A stretch of 61,686 bases of DNA, filler included, from Squatina squatina (Eukaryota): assembly GCA_031763465.1 (NCBI GenBank). It is 4 parts of 3 records of this genome, joined end to end, with 100 filler letters (N's around TTAATTAATTAA, not from the genome) between each part and the next. Parts side by side here need not be neighbours in the genome. Positions count along the whole stretch, not along the records: positions 1 to 17,879 come from JARFOE010000001.1; 3 more parts are not named here. One strand, written 5' to 3'. The position numbers and the translations under genes are program-made. This document shows, in pieces, positions 1 to 13,390 of this stretch. Position 1 is the stretch's first letter; each line of letters begins with the position of its first letter. The notes below the pieces were generated by a model, which worked only from the letters and a program-made list of their open reading frames with translations, was not told where the DNA came from and did not search any database.

Positions 1-2069
1 CAGTTTGTTAACTGGCAGCATTTATTCTGTCATGTGAAAAAAAACCCTGTAGTATTGGTACAGTCCGACTAGAGTCTCAGACACTGATTTAAATGTATCA
101 CAAATGTTAATAATCTGATAATATGGATTTTATTTTTGGGGGAGTGGGTGGGGTGTTCTAGGAGATGACTTGGTGGGGTAAAATACAGGACCAATTCGGG
201 ACTAATAGCGAGATGCAACAGACAATGTCTCTGCTAAGATAAGTAAGTTTGCGCGGGGCGTTTTTAATTATCAATTAGATATTAAGGATATTTTGAGACT
301 GTATTTCGTTTTGGCTCCTGACTACAGCCATTCGTTTCAAATCTCAAACCGCACCTCTGGAAATCGCGCATTTTCTCTTAGTTTGCAGTTATATTTCGTT
401 GTGGCATTCGATAGAGAAACAAATCTGAAATCAGTCACGTTCTTACGAAAAATGTCTTGATCCCAGCACGTGCACTCCAAGGAACACAGTGAGGGGGAAA
501 GAACTCATACTACTTCCTCTCAGCATATAGTCCACCAACAACAACTTGCATTTAGATAGCGCCTTCAATGTCGTACAACGTCCCAAGGCGCTTTCCAGGA
601 GGAGGGTAACCAGACAGAAACTGACACCCATAGAAGGAGACATTAGGACAATGTTACAGTTCCACTTGGGATCTTGTAGCCAGAACTTGTATCCCCCATT
701 CGTTCATACAAATAGACCGCATCTCCCAGCTTTTAGGTTCATAACTGCCCTGGTTCCACATTCACAGCAAGATTGAAGGCATCAATTATCAATCTGAAGG
801 CAACGTCCTGAGCATGGCGACACCCTACGGTCCGTACTGTTTATCAAACCAATCTCGGGCGTCACTTTAAAAAACCTCCTGTTTTAATAATAAATGATTT
901 GTGGGCTCCATTTAAATCCAAAACTCGTTGCTGACGGATTAATGGGGGACAGTGGAGAGATGCGAAGCACACCTGACCAAGGTTCAGCGCGAAATCGCAG
1001 AAAGAGGTCAGTTACTGTAAACATGAATACAGAGGGTTGAAGAGACACTCCTTCATTCAGTGTGAGTAAAATTAAATGCTGTCGTTGCATTATGTTACAA
1101 AGTTTGTTTGTTTTGGTACTTGCTATAAAGTGATGCACACAATCTGCCTACTTCAGCAAAGTTATATGATGTTTATATACAAAATCTTTTCATATGCAAA
1201 TGAGAAATTTGTTAATCTCTGATTGAAATTTGTTTATATACAAGTAGAAATCTGCTACTATTATGCTCTTAGAATGATGTGATTTGTTTGTTAAATTGCA
1301 GAATTTTTTTATATCATATCCAAATCAAGACACGATTTTATGGCGTTTTCTATCAACATTCATTTTCAACAAATCATAACACACCATATTAGACATGTAA
1401 ATAAACAAAAAAAATAAAATAGTGACAAATTCAGCAGATATAAATGATTATTGCAGTTTTTTCTTACTTGTTAATAACAGGTCGAGATTCTTGCACATTG
1501 ACTAGGAAGCCATCCAGAAGAGGAACAAACATCTCTCCGGTATCTGACACCACCAACATCTGTGGCTGTGCAAGGCTGCTCTTCAGATTGTAGAAATGGA
1601 GAACCTTGTTGTAAGTGACAAAACCAACTCTAATAGCAGAAGTCTCTGCTTGATCTGCCCTATAATATGATTTGGATGTGAAAGGGGAGATTGTTAATAG
1701 TTATGAAAAGTCAGCTAACAACAAGCATGGCAAGCTGAGTTTTAGAGCTTGGCACTGCCACTTTATGAAGCAAAATTGCAAAGAATACAGTTGCATTTGT
1801 GCTGCCATAATGTTGATAGACTAAAATATCAGTTAAAGAGAGAAGCAGGGAGAGCGACATCTCCAACAACTTGCATTCATATAGCGCCTTTAAAGTAGGC
1901 GCTTAGCCACCAGTAGTGGAATAGGGCCTGCCAGACTTCAAAGCTTCTATTGAGACATGGAGTGAATGTCAATTTGATCTGGAATGTATATTAAAATATG
2001 GGAGTGAATAGCTGTAGAATCTGTCAAGATTTGAGAGTTTGCCAATTCTCTGAAATAGTCACAGAAACA

Positions 2070-2770
2070 ACAGCAGCAGCAGCAACAGCTTGCATTTATA
2101 CAGTACCTTCAACATAGAAAAATGTCCCAATATGCGTCAGAGTCGTAGCAAAATAAATGGATGCCAAACCAAAGAAGGAGGTATTAAGAAGGGTGACCAA
2201 AAGCTAGGTCACAGAGGCCAGTTTTAAAGAGGATCATAAAAGAGAGGGAAATGAGGAGGCAGAGGGAGTAAGGAAGGGTATTCCAGAGCTTGGGGCCCAG
2301 ACATAGGCACCAATGATGGGGTGAAGGGGAAGAGGTATACACAATATGTTGCGAGTCAGAGGAATGGAGAGCTTGGGAAAGGGTTGTGTCGCGGAGAATT
2401 AGGCCATGGAGCGATTTAAACACAAAGATGAAAATCTTAAATTTTAGGTCTTCTGAGACTGGTAGTCAATGTAGATCAGCAAGGACAGGCATAATGGCGA
2501 GTGAAACATGGGGCATTATAGGATATAGGTTTTGTATGAGCTGAAGTTCATGGAAGGGGGACGATGGGAGGCTGGCTAGGAGAGCATTAGAACAGTTAAG
2601 TCCGGGAGTGTCAAAGGCATGGATAAAGGCTTCAGTGCCATTAGACTGAGGTAAGGGAGGAAGCAGGCGATCTTACAGAGTTCAAAGTAAGCAGTCTTTG
2701 TGATGAGGGGATATGGGATCTGAAGTTTAGCTTAGGGTCGAATAGTCTGTTTCAACCTGAAATAGTCGCA
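2070..2770 (-). mobile_element. L2-like LINE 3' fragment with (TGT/TGC)n tail
   Basis: Minus frame FKSLHGL...LWNTLP...FKT.L is a typical ORF2 C-terminus. The tail aacagcttgcatttata is shared with SINE tails in the window. Confidence 0.65.
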
Positions 2771-3035
2771 AAAGAATGCACTCCACTTCCTCACTAGGGT
2801 GCTAATGGGACGGAAGCAGAGGAGCGGGGTGCAGCACTACGCACTGGGCCACGTAGGAAGGACTCTCCCCTTCATTAAAGGGGAGGGCCCAAGCTGCCAG
2901 CTCTGCAAGGTCCTACCTGGACCACCGGGGAGCGGNNNNNNNNNNNNNNNNNNNNNNNNNNNNNNNNNNNNNNNNNNNNNNNNNNNNNNNNNNNNNNNNN
3001 NNNNNNNNNNNNNNNNNNNNNNNNNNNNNNNNNNN

Positions 3036-3900
3036 CTGCACCTATTTTCTATGTTTCAATGTTTCTATGACATCTTTCCTGAAGCGCAGTCTTTGAACAC
3101 ATTGCTCGTCTGTCATCTGGAGGTATGTGAAATGTGTCCTGAAAACTCTTGAGAGCATATGGCCTCCTATTGCCCAGGCCGCACCTCCCTCTAGCATTTC
3201 CTGCATCCTGTGCTGTACATTGCTGCGCTGGGTCAGGTGTCTCTGGCTGAGCAGCTTCTCCTTGCCCATCTCCCTGTGCCTCTCCCTTTCGCTCTTCAGC
3301 CCTTACAGCACCTCATCTTCCTCCACTGCTGCCAAAGCCTACGTCTTCGTCACCGAGGCATCATGTGATGACGGTGAAGTTCGAGATCAATAGCCATAGC
3401 AGTACCTATTAGAACAAATGCTCTCTCAGCTATATTCAAATGTCCACCTACAGTGCAAGGACCAAGGTCCTGTTAGTGAAATTGCAGCATTCTGCCTGAG
3501 TACTTCAACTTGCCTGCTCTCAACTACTGCCAGTAAAAGTCGAAAACTTTAAATGGCCGACATCCAGCCCCCTTGAATTAGCGTCATCTCACCACTTATC
3601 CACGATGTCAATGCTGAAATTTCCTGGCGCTGGCAGCGCCCCCTTTTTACATCGGGGATACTGACCAATTTACTGACACTTGCACACAATTGGCGTTGTG
3701 CAGACTGATGATGTCATCGTCGCCTTGCGCCACCACAACCATTGTCGCTGGCGCCAAACCTCCAATGCTGGATTTACACCGGCGTACAACCAAGTCCAAT
3801 TCCCCTAAACCCGCACTTATTGCCAATGGTGGGCATTAGAGCCCTAATGCCATTTTCACGCCCGATTAGCACCAACTTTTTGAGACCAATTGGGCCTCCC
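3036..3900 (-). mobile_element. PIF/Harbinger transposon 5' part with degenerate transposase N-terminus
   Basis: RVFRTHFTYLQMTDEQCVQRLRFRKDVIETL resembles the N-terminal helix-turn-helix region of HARBI1-like transposases. CpG-rich subterminal sequence follows at ~3600-3900. Confidence 0.7.
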
Positions 3901-4507
3901 ATATTCATAGGAACAAAGGTGTACAGGAATATTAGGAGCAGGAGAAGGACATTCAGCTCTTCGGGCCTGCTCCACATTCGATTAGATCATGGTTGATCTG
4001 CACCTATTCATATCAATTGCACATAGTAATGCTTTCAGTTGGATGATAGTATAATTATAATAGCCCCAGAAGAAGCTGTTGGTTAGTCATTAGGGGAAAA
4101 GAAACTATTTGAATAAATGGGCTGGAAGGGGGTGTCATGCTGCAAAGATTTAACAATGTGGGAAGATGGCTCACATACAAGTAATACTTACTTTGCAGTA
4201 ATCTAAAGTAGCCATAAATTCATAGGATCCAAGAGACAACTCTGGCTTGTCGTAGTGATCCAACCTTCTACCTACATGGTCCAAATGTTGAAAGTAGAAN
4301 NNNNNNNNNNNNNNNNNNNNNNNNNNNNNNNNNNNNNNNNNNNNNNNNNNNNNNNNNNNNNNNNNNNNNNNNNNNNNNNNNNNNNNNNNNNNNNNNNNNT
4401 GGATTGTTGATGCCTTCGTGGCTGTTGGCAGAAATAGTTGGTTAATTGAACAATATAGTGGTTTGATCAGAAAGGGCTTGGTGTGATGTATAATTTCTTT
4501 TTTTAAG

Positions 4508-4645
4508 GGAGCTGGTGTGCTTTCTTCATCGGTGTTTCATGGAATGGTTTTCAAACGAGAGACCGAGGGGGATGTTACGTCTGTCAAAGATGCCAAAATA
4601 GCAATTTATTCTTGTCCTTTTGACTGCATGGTAACAGAGACAAAG
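4508..4645 (+). CDS. CCT8: Internal exon of T-complex protein 1 subunit theta (chaperonin CCT8)
   Basis: Poly-T tract then AG|GGA acceptor and AAG|gtata donor. The 138 nt read GAGVLSSSVFHGMVFKRETEGDVTSVKDAKIAIYSCPFDCMVTETK, near-identical to recalled vertebrate CCT8 (GSGISSSSVLHGMVFKKETEGDVTSVKDAKIAVYSCPFDGMITETK). Not in the ORF track. Confidence 0.93.
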
Positions 4646-5789
4646 GTATAGTCTAGATTCTGTTTGATAACAATTCACAATCCATGTGATTACAGAACTG
4701 TAATGATATTCGGAAAACCATTTTCATACTGGGCTTATGACGCAATGTTAGTTTAAAAGATCACATGTGGTATTCTTCACAGTGCATGGGTGAGCATACT
4801 GGTTTATAATGCCAGGATAATTCAAATTCTATTTTTTTTCTGTATTGTGGATCATGCGCCATAATTCTGTCCAATTTTTTGTGAAAATCACAATTCAGTG
4901 GCTTTGCTGATACACCCATTCAAATTTCATTTAAATATTGAAATTTGAGTGGGTGAATTCTGATGAAACAGTACAAGTGATGTTCATTAGTGCTAATGAC
5001 AGTCAGTGTTCTAATGTGTTAGTGTTGGAAATATTTTTCGTAAGAGTGCAGGAATGCTCCTGTGGTCTTTAAAATGTTAATGGTTTCTTCTTTTCTCTGA
5101 TGTGAAGGAAGGAAATGTGTACTGTGGCTTGAGGACATGCCCAAAGCTGACCTGCCCATTCCCAATAACTGTTCCTGACTCTTGTTGCCAGGTTTGCAGA
5201 GGTAATTTCTACATCTTTACATGTTTCTACTTCATATGTATAAAAAACTTTTGGAATATTTAGTACTCATTAAAGAATGCACATTTGTCCAACTTTTAGT
5301 ACCTTATGTCAGTATCAAGCAATTTCAGATCAGGTATGACATGTACCAGATGTACAGTAATGTTGCTTCTGCTTTGCCAGAACAATCTGTAATGTAATTT
5401 CTTAGAGATTACATATAAGAGTAAATTTTGCAAGCAGGGGCTCCTGCACAGAGACTCACTCAACAGGAATATGGATCGGAGAATCATTTCCGGAGATGGG
5501 CATGCCCAGATTTGCGATGCTCACAATTTTCCCATGATTGATTTTAATGACCAGAAAAGTGCTAAAATTAAGCACATTAACTCTGCACCCAATTCCCCAA
5601 CATGGGCTACAGCTTGGCACCAGGAGCACTGCCTTACAAATTGATCCTGTACCGTTATCCAGATTATGCCATTAAGTGCTGAATTTCTACCCCATTTATA
5701 TTACACAGTTGCCTGCAACAACAATCAAGTCAGAGTTGAAAATAAAGTAGGTGAGTCTGGAAGAAGAATGGTTACAATGGTTATGATAT

Positions 5790-6112
5790 CAGACCAGCAA
5801 TCCAGAGTTCAAATCATCATAGATCTTTCAGTCTTGAAAGAAGGGAGGACCTTATAGATGAGAAGTTATGAAGTTTGAATTCAATAAATCTGCCAATTTG
5901 TGGGTTGGCATCAGAAAAATAAGCATGAAAATTGATGGATTGTTAGAAAATTTCACTTGGTTCGCTAATGTCCTTCAGGGAAGGGAATCTGCCCACACGT
6001 GACTTCTGTCACAAATTATATGGTTGATTATAATGCCCTCAGGGCAACTATGGATAGCCAATATATATACTGCCTCTCCAGAGTCACACTCATCCCAAGA
6101 ACAAATAAAAAA
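5790..6112 (+). mobile_element. tRNA-derived SINE with CR1/L2-like tail; its 3' part lies in the left arm of the inverted repeat
   Basis: B-box-like gagttcaaatc, core ggttcgctaatgtccttcagggaagg and tail catcccaagaacaaataaaaaa. Confidence 0.55.
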
Positions 6113-6938
6113 GAACAAACCCTCCTCAGGAGGCAGATTTGCCTTGTGGCTGTGGAGACAAACTGTTGTCGGTGGAAAGGGTGAAGCCCAGCAACTGCTG
6201 GCAGCAATGGCATTGGGTCTGCCATTTTGATTCTGGCAATGGGACAACTGAGTTTTCAAGCCGCCAGTAAAGGTGATCTGTAAGAAATCGTCTCCAAAAC
6301 TGGGGTATGCCCTTGGCCAGGATAAAAAAAGTTGCAAATGCAATTTAGTAGTAACTGTTGATGTATCGATCTGCAGTGTAAAACCGGAGACCCGCGTCTG
6401 AAATGGTGTAAGGATGTTACATGATCATGTTGCTGTTTATTGTTGGTGTAAACCCAGTGGGTGTATTGGGCTGATAGTGTAATGCCACATTTATATCAAT
6501 GAAAGCAGTTGTTGGAAAGTAGGTTCCCTTAATGCTGAATCTGCTGTTGATGCTGTGCAGTTACTACAAAATTGCATTTACTACTTTTACCATGGCTGAG
6601 GATATACCCCAGTGTCGAAGGCGATTTCTTACAGATCACCTGCAATGGTGGCTTGAGAACTCAGTTGTCCTGTTGCCAGAATCAAAATGACAGACCCAAT
6701 GCCATTGCTGCCAGCAAGTGCTAGGCTTCATCCTTGCCACCTACAACATTTTGCCTCCACAGCCACAAGGCAAAACTGCCTCCTGAAGAGGGTTTGTTCT
6801 TCTTTATTTATTCTTGGGATGTGTGTGACACTGGAGAGGCAGTATATATTGGCAGTCCATAGTTGCCCTGAGTCAACCAAATAATATGTGACCAGAGTCA
6901 CGTGTAGGTCAGACTAAGGGTAGCAGATTCCCTTCCCT
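5977..6938. repeat. Long imperfect inverted repeat (arms ~5977-6357 and ~6558-6938, ~200-nt spacer)
   Basis: Arms are reverse complements throughout (e.g. gcaatggcattgggtctg / cagacccaatgccattgc). ORFs 6028-6225(-) and 6687-6884(+) give near-identical peptides. Confidence 0.92.
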
Positions 6939-7617
6939 TATTAACTTCAACTTTCCACTCTATTAGTGTCTATCTGGTTCATGACCAGCAGCACAGGATC
7001 ATGCTATGCTCTGAAGCTCAGGCTAATGGAATGCATTCCAGATCTTGCAGCTGCTGCAGTGACTAGCTGGTCCTACTCACTTTCTGACACACTTACTGTC
7101 ATTTTATTTTATTTTGGCAGGATTGGGAGTTGGGTGGGGTGGCTGTGGAGAAGTGTGTAAAAACCTGTCAAACACAGAAGAATTTCTCAAAGGGTTAAAA
7201 TGTCAGAGATGTCAAAGTCTAACAACACCCAGTAAACTTATCTGTAGTGCTGGGTGGGCTGACCTTGCAATAATGTCAGCTCATTGGGCTCATAGGTTAA
7301 CCAGCACAATCGTTCTTCAACAATCACTTCTCACCATTGTGTATTTTCTTTGCCTGTGATATTAGAACTTCACAGAAAATTAATACTTCAGATGGCAGAA
7401 CAAGTATATTTTGAAAGCTACAGGTGCAATCTGACCCCAGAAATGTTAATGCTTGCTCTTAATGTGCATTTTGAAGATGTTTTTAATATTGTTTTGGATA
7501 TCTTCTTTTCCTCTTCANNNNNNNNNNNNNNNNNNNNNNNNNNNNNNNNNNNNNNNNNNNNNNNNNNNNNNNNNNNNNNNNNNNNNNNNNNNNNNNNNNN
7601 NNNNNNNNNNNNNNNNN

Positions 7618-8428
7618 CCTGTGAACGTTGCTACAGGCCCTTCCTCTACCTTCCCCTTGTTGCTGGTCTGGTGCTGGTGGCACGGCTTGTGGGTGGGGCT
7701 GCCTGCCCCTTGCTCTGTTGGCTGGCCTCTGCCTGTACCTATCTGCTGGCAGCTCTGCAGGCTGTGGCAGTTGGATTGGTCGCAATGGGGCTGCCTCAAC
7801 TGCCTGCCCCCTTTGGGCATCTCCCTGCTGATGCCTTTCCCTCTGAAGTTGTCTCCACCTTCTCCTTCAGAATAGGTAATTCCTCAGTTACAGCAGAAGT
7901 CGACGGTCCACTGCAAGAACAGCACCCATTGTGATGTTCACATGACCTTGCAAAGTGACCTTTACCTTAAGGTTTAATTGCCTTTGAAACCTTGCAGACT
8001 AATAAATTAACCGTTGTTCGCGCTGCAACAGCAGGAACGGAGACACGCACTCCTCCAGCAATTCACCGTTCTCTGTATGGATCTGGCTTTTTAAAGTTGT
8101 TTAAAATGGCGTTGCGTCAGGGGCCCCCTCTGCAGCAACAGCTTTTGCTGTCGCTGTTTGCCCAGGCGGCCCCTGCGATTTCAGCAGGGAATATTCTGCC
8201 AGGGGGCGGCACGCACGGAGATGATGTCATGATCACTGTGTGCCACCGAGAAGGACATTGCGCCGGGTCGTGGAGGCGTCTCCTGTGGACGCCTAAAAAA
8301 AAAAACAGGCCCTGAATTTCCAGCATGGCGTCAGACCCGCCGATAACGCCAAAAAAGCTGTTTGCGCCACGATAATGCCTATGTCTGGCGATATAAAAGT
8401 GCCTAAAGGCACTCAATTTTGACCCCTC
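7618..8428 (-). mobile_element. Probable Harbinger-like transposon 5' end
   Basis: GC/CpG-rich block ending caattttgacccc, like other element ends in the window. Carries a degenerate Q/R/G-rich MGAV... leader on the - strand. Confidence 0.5.
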
Positions 8429-9119
8429 GATTTCTGTGGTATTCAACAAACATATCTTTGATATATAAAATAAAAATAACAAATGCAAATATTTTTGAAT
8501 AATTGGTTATTTGAATGCTTACCCCCTGCCCACCACCCCCCCACCCACCCTACCTCGATGCCCCACTGTGCAATGTGCTGTAGTGTCCTTTCCTGTGTAT
8601 TTCATAAGAACTTCCTGGGGTAGTTATCTTCTCAACCAACACAGGAATAATGAAAGGATGCTTGCAAAAAGTACAATCATAATCTGCAACAGTACAAATC
8701 TGCAAAAACCGTCAAGCAGCTCCTCTCGCTAGGGAAGGGAAGGAGCTTTGTTGAAGCTGGGATAACTTTTGAACTTTGGTCTTTTACCAAAGACTGTTGA
8801 AGTAAATTGATACTGTTCCCCACCCCCTCGCTTTTTGATGTTTTTAAATGCAATGGAATCACATTCATCAAATTCTGATGGCATGATCCACTTCCTGTAA
8901 ATGTCGAGACAATTACAGTTGTGTACAGAATTAAAAAAGGGTAAAATTCAACATAAATGACATTGTGGGGCCTACTGATCGCTTATAACTTGGTGTTTGT
9001 TGTGACAAGGTTTAGTAGACTGGGATTTGTGTGCAATTTTCTGCAAATTTTTAATGTTGAATATTATAAAGAAGAAACATAGAAATTTTAATTGAGGAAG
9101 AGGCCATCTTNNNNNNNNN

Positions 9120-9437
9120 NTTACTAATCCCCTCTTTATGTGTCTAGTGCTTATCTTGAGATCATGACCTCTCTCGTCTTTGATTTTCCTACCACTGGAA
9201 ATAATCCATGCTTATCTTCTCTATTCCTCTTATCGTGCTGAACACCTCAAACAAATCCCTCTTTGGTCTTCTCAAAGAATGCAGCCCTAGTTGCTCTAGC
9301 TTTCATTTTAACACAGACACCCCATCCCTGAAGTTATCCTGGTGAAGCAATGTTGTACATTCTCCAGGGCTATTATATCCCTCCTGTACTGAGGAGTCCA
9401 AAACTGCACACAGTATTCCAGATGTAGCTTAACCATC
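9120..9437 (-). mobile_element. CR1 LINE fragment
   Basis: Minus frame VKLHLEYCVQFWTPQYRRDIIALENVQ is the CR1 ORF2 C-terminal motif. Related pieces at ~32930-33030(+) and ~58060-58205(+). Confidence 0.85.
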
Positions 9438-10639
9438 NNNNNNNNNNNNNNNNNNNNNNNNNNNNNNNNNNNNNNNNNNNNNNNNNNNNNNNNNNNNNNN
9501 NNNNNNNNNNNNNNNNNNNNNNNNNNNNNNNNNNNNNCCTCTTGGTCCAAAGCCTTGTAGGTTACGGCACTTCAAGTGCATATGCAAGTGCTTTTTAAAT
9601 CAATCAGGAGTTCTCACTCCTGTTCACTATCCGGTAACCCTTGCTGGATAAGTGGATGTCTGAAAAGAATCAGTCTGCCATTGTCCAATAGCCTGCCAAT
9701 ACTCACCGTCTAGTTTCATCCATGAAAAATATCTAAGGCTCATATAAGTACAATGGGAGAGTTACCAGAGAACTGTCAATGCTCAGGAAACCATACCCCA
9801 GAAATAATCAGTGACTTCAGGAGGCATGAGAAGAAAAAATGGAAAGGAATTACAAGTTTTATAATTAGTTACTCAGCAACATTTTTGGTTTCCAGGGTAA
9901 GGAAATATTTTTAAGTAAATATTTTGTATCTGGAAAACATAAGTGCTTCATTTAAACATAATCACGTTTACATAAGCAATACATAAGACATTCATGAGAG
10001 GCAAAAATACACATTGTGTGCAAGATTTAAACAAAACATAAACTTATACAATTTGTCAGTCGAAACATTTCAAATGGATAACAAACCTCTCCAAAGACCT
10101 ACAAAGGCTATGCAGATATAAATAAAATCCATTGTTTATATCTTCATGGAAATTCAGTGTAACTATGACACGCTGGTGCCAAAAATAATTAAGAAAGACA
10201 CCTTGCTCTCAATCAGGTCAGATAGTAACACTATCACACCATGTTGTATTTAAACTTGGCCAATTAAAGAACATGCACTTTGAAAATAACAGCTCTAAAA
10301 ATTATTCAATTTTACAAGAATTAAAGGACCTGTCAGCCCTGTAAACCTTGCAAAGTATTTTTTTTTATCTACAGGCCGATATTTAGAACATAAAACTGAT
10401 CCAGAAAATCATCTCTTTACAGAAAAGTCCTTCTCATCAAGTAGTAGTAGAATGGGAGCCAGAACACAATAAATTATTCGAACCTGCATATCAACTTTGA
10501 ACAATATCAAAATAGCTCCAAAAATTGGTTTGGTGTTCNNNNNNNNNNNNNNNNNNNNNNNNNNNNNNNNNNNNNNNNNNNNNNNNNNNNNNNNNNNNNN
10601 NNNNNNNNNNNNNNNNNNNNNNNNNNNNNNNNNNNNNNA

Positions 10640-10890
10640 CATCCTATGACACTGCTTCTTAGACGAGCAGGGGAGTTCTCCTTGGTGTTCTTATCAATAT
10701 ATATCCCTCAACCAACATCTCTAAAACAGATTATTTAATCATTATCACATTGTTGTTTGTGGGATATTGCTGTATGCAAATTGACTGTGGCATTTTCTGC
10801 ACTACAGTCGTGATTACACTTCAAAGTAACACTTCAGTGGCCGAAAACATAAAAAGACGCTCCCTAAATGCAAGTTATTTCCTTCTTTTC
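10640..10890 (+). mobile_element. DeuSINE core and 3' tail
   Basis: Contains gagcaggggagttctc, ccctcaaccaacatc, cattatcacattgttgtttgtggga, acacttcaaa and aaatgcaagtt. Reverse-strand tail copies (acaacttgcatttatatagc) at ~540, ~1866 and ~38940. Confidence 0.7.
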
Positions 10891-11862
10891 TAAATAGTAT
10901 TGAAAATGACATACCCTGCTTCTGGAAGGTTCTGTATAGACAGCATGATGGTATTAATTCCCTGGACCAATTCTACAATGTTAGATGGCTTATTATGCTG
11001 CAATAAAGCAATCTACTTCAGGCAATTATTTTTTACATTAGCCCTGTCTCTGTTGGGGTTATTCAGTTTGCCTGATTAAGCTTCTCTGAGATTGGTGTTT
11101 AAACTCCACTGACCTTCCTCCACCGTTTGAAGTTGTTTCTTTTGTGTCATTTGGGTAGATGACAATTACAAAAGGCCTATTTCCATCCCACTGAAAAAAG
11201 ACAGTGCACCAGTCGATTGATCGGTATCTGGGATTGTCACTGTCTCTTAGCTCTTAACCTAATGTCACCTGATTGACCCCGGCCTGAAAATAATTAAAGG
11301 TGGATTTGATTCATGAATGCTAAAAGAATAACATTTAAAAGAAAAAGTTATGAATCTTCTGCCTATATTGTGATAAATCAGGTGGAGTACAAAGAGTTAA
11401 AAGAATTATAGGAGTCTAAATTTGTGAGGTGTTGCTTGACAGAATACAGAAACTTCATTCTGAAATGTTTTATCAGTTAAGAATGTTAACGAGAATTGGC
11501 TCTACTTCAGAAAAAGCCTATTAACATTTTACAGTGCTCTGAATCCTTATTTCAAAACTGTCATCAAAAATGTAGACTTACTTTTGCAATAGATGAATAA
11601 TTTTGTGTCTGTACCCGGACAAGCTAGCTGACTTGTGCTTTCTGATCAGTCATTGAGTGCATCATTAAGTGTTCATTGTTAGTTCAAGGTTACTCTAGTA
11701 ATATCCAGTTTGTAGCAACCACAGTGACAACTTCTATTTTGTACTTGCTGCATGAATATAGCTACAATTGTAAGCTGTTTTGTGAGTACATTTGTGAGAC
11801 CAACACGAGGACCAATTGATAAACACTGTTTTCAAGTGGTCTATTACCACCTACTATAACTA

Positions 11863-12597
11863 GGGGCTAGACATTGTGTCGTGCCCCATTTGAGGCAATA
11901 ACATTTGTGGGAGCGCAAAATTATCGCCGGGCGCTACACATTTGATTCTGTCAGGAACTTCTGTTTTGGCGCTCCAAGAGGGAAGCGAAGTGCTAAATCA
12001 AGCGCTACCACTTCCCTTAGAGCGCTAAGATGAGTGAGGGGGCGGTAGCGGCAGAGCGCTGCACAATGTTCTGTCCAGTTCTCTGCCGGTTTCACAGGCT
12101 CCTTCCCACCCTTAAAGCCTAAGGCTGTGTATGGTCGTCAATGGCACCTGCGATACGCGCATAGCAGCCCCAAGCACCCAAGGGAGTACAGAGCTGATCA
12201 GACGCAGGCTCAAAAAAAAAATCCAAATAAAGCACACTGGTGACATAATTAAATTTTGGCCTACCTGACCATCACTGCCTTTAATTAGCGCTCCCCAAGC
12301 GGCCAGCCCAGGTGACAACGGCTCCTGCAGCTGCCGTTGTCGACGCCCGGCGATGCTGCAGGGGGCAGAAGCGAATTTTATATCCTGGGCGATAACAGGG
12401 CGCTGCGTACTGGATGACGTCCCGATCTCCGGGGCGCAAGAGATCGAGGCAGTAAGTTTTAGCACCAGCGCAAACCCACCAGGGAATTTCACAGGCATCA
12501 ATGATTTTGCCGTGCCCAGTTGGTAAGCACTTAGTGGCCTGTTACCCCCCCACCGTTTGCACTAACGGGAGGCACAAGGGAGGCAAGTTTCTTCCCC
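11863..12597. mobile_element. Non-autonomous DNA transposon (MITE-like), apparently complete
   Basis: GC/CpG-rich island in AT-rich DNA bounded by cta-GGGGCTAGACATTG ... CAAGTTTCTTCCCC-tag (imperfect TIRs; TA or TAG/CTA duplication). Confidence 0.6.
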
Positions 12598-13196
12598 TAG
12601 GTGTTTGAACGTTCTTGTCTGGAATTTCCACTGAAGTTCCTCCGATATCCCAATATAACTTTGATGGAAGATCGCTGTTTACATTGTTTCTCTGGTGTTT
12701 CAGCTGAAGTTACGGCAGACAGCAGGGAAACGTCACAGACATTCCACCCATCTGTNNNNNNNNNNTGCTGTTTATTTAAAATGGAGTGTTTCATAATTAA
12801 TGAGATAATGTCTAAATCCTTTGTCACCCATCTATATCACTATTTCTGGAATAGCCAATGGCATCCATAATATGGGATATGATAGGGAGAGATCCTCTAC
12901 CAACATTTCCTATAAGCTGCATGGCCCCTCAGCTCTCTGCCAGTCCCGCATATCCCGGGACCAGCTTTTGCAGTGTTAAAGTTCACACATGTGCAAAACT
13001 GAAAATAGGCTGCAAAGCCTCTTAAAGTGGCTGCACACCCCAAAAAAATTCAAGACAACATTATCCCCTACCCATATCCTTGGCCACCCCTTCGACCTTG
13101 CCATCTTTCATGGCCTCTCTGCACCGAAAGTCTCAAACTCCATCAAGGCTATTTCTGACCACTTCCTTGCCTCCCTTGCCAATCATGTCCCCTAGA

Positions 13197-13390
13197 AGGG
13201 TAGAAAAAGTGACAGAGAGTAGAAGTAAGAGAAAGAGTAGAGTAGAAGTAACAAAAAGAGTAGAAATAGTATGAGAAAGAGTACAGAAGTAACAGAAAAC
13301 GTAGAAGTATGAGAAAGAGTAGAAGTAGTAACAGAAAGAGTAAAAGTAACAGAAAGTGTTGAAGAAGTAACAGAAAAAGTAGACAAGGAT
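13197..13390. repeat. Purine-rich degenerate tandem repeat (AGTAGA / AGTAACAGAAA)
   Basis: Repeated agtagaagta, agtaacagaaa and gagaaagagta units. Confidence 0.85.

Noticed and set aside
1499-1501. In-frame TGA as selenocysteine
   Set aside because: No selenoprotein similarity and no visible SECIS element.
4958-5100. Possible C/D snoRNA in the CCT8 intron (ctgatga ... ctga)
   Set aside because: Imperfect C box, no terminal stem and no rRNA-complementary guide that I can recognise.
6028-6884. Two similar 65-aa ORFs as a paralogous peptide pair
   Set aside because: They are the two arms of the inverted repeat and partly SINE-derived.
12601-12755. Exon-like ORF after cccctag
   Set aside because: The apparent acceptor is the end of the upstream MITE and the peptide is unrecognisable.
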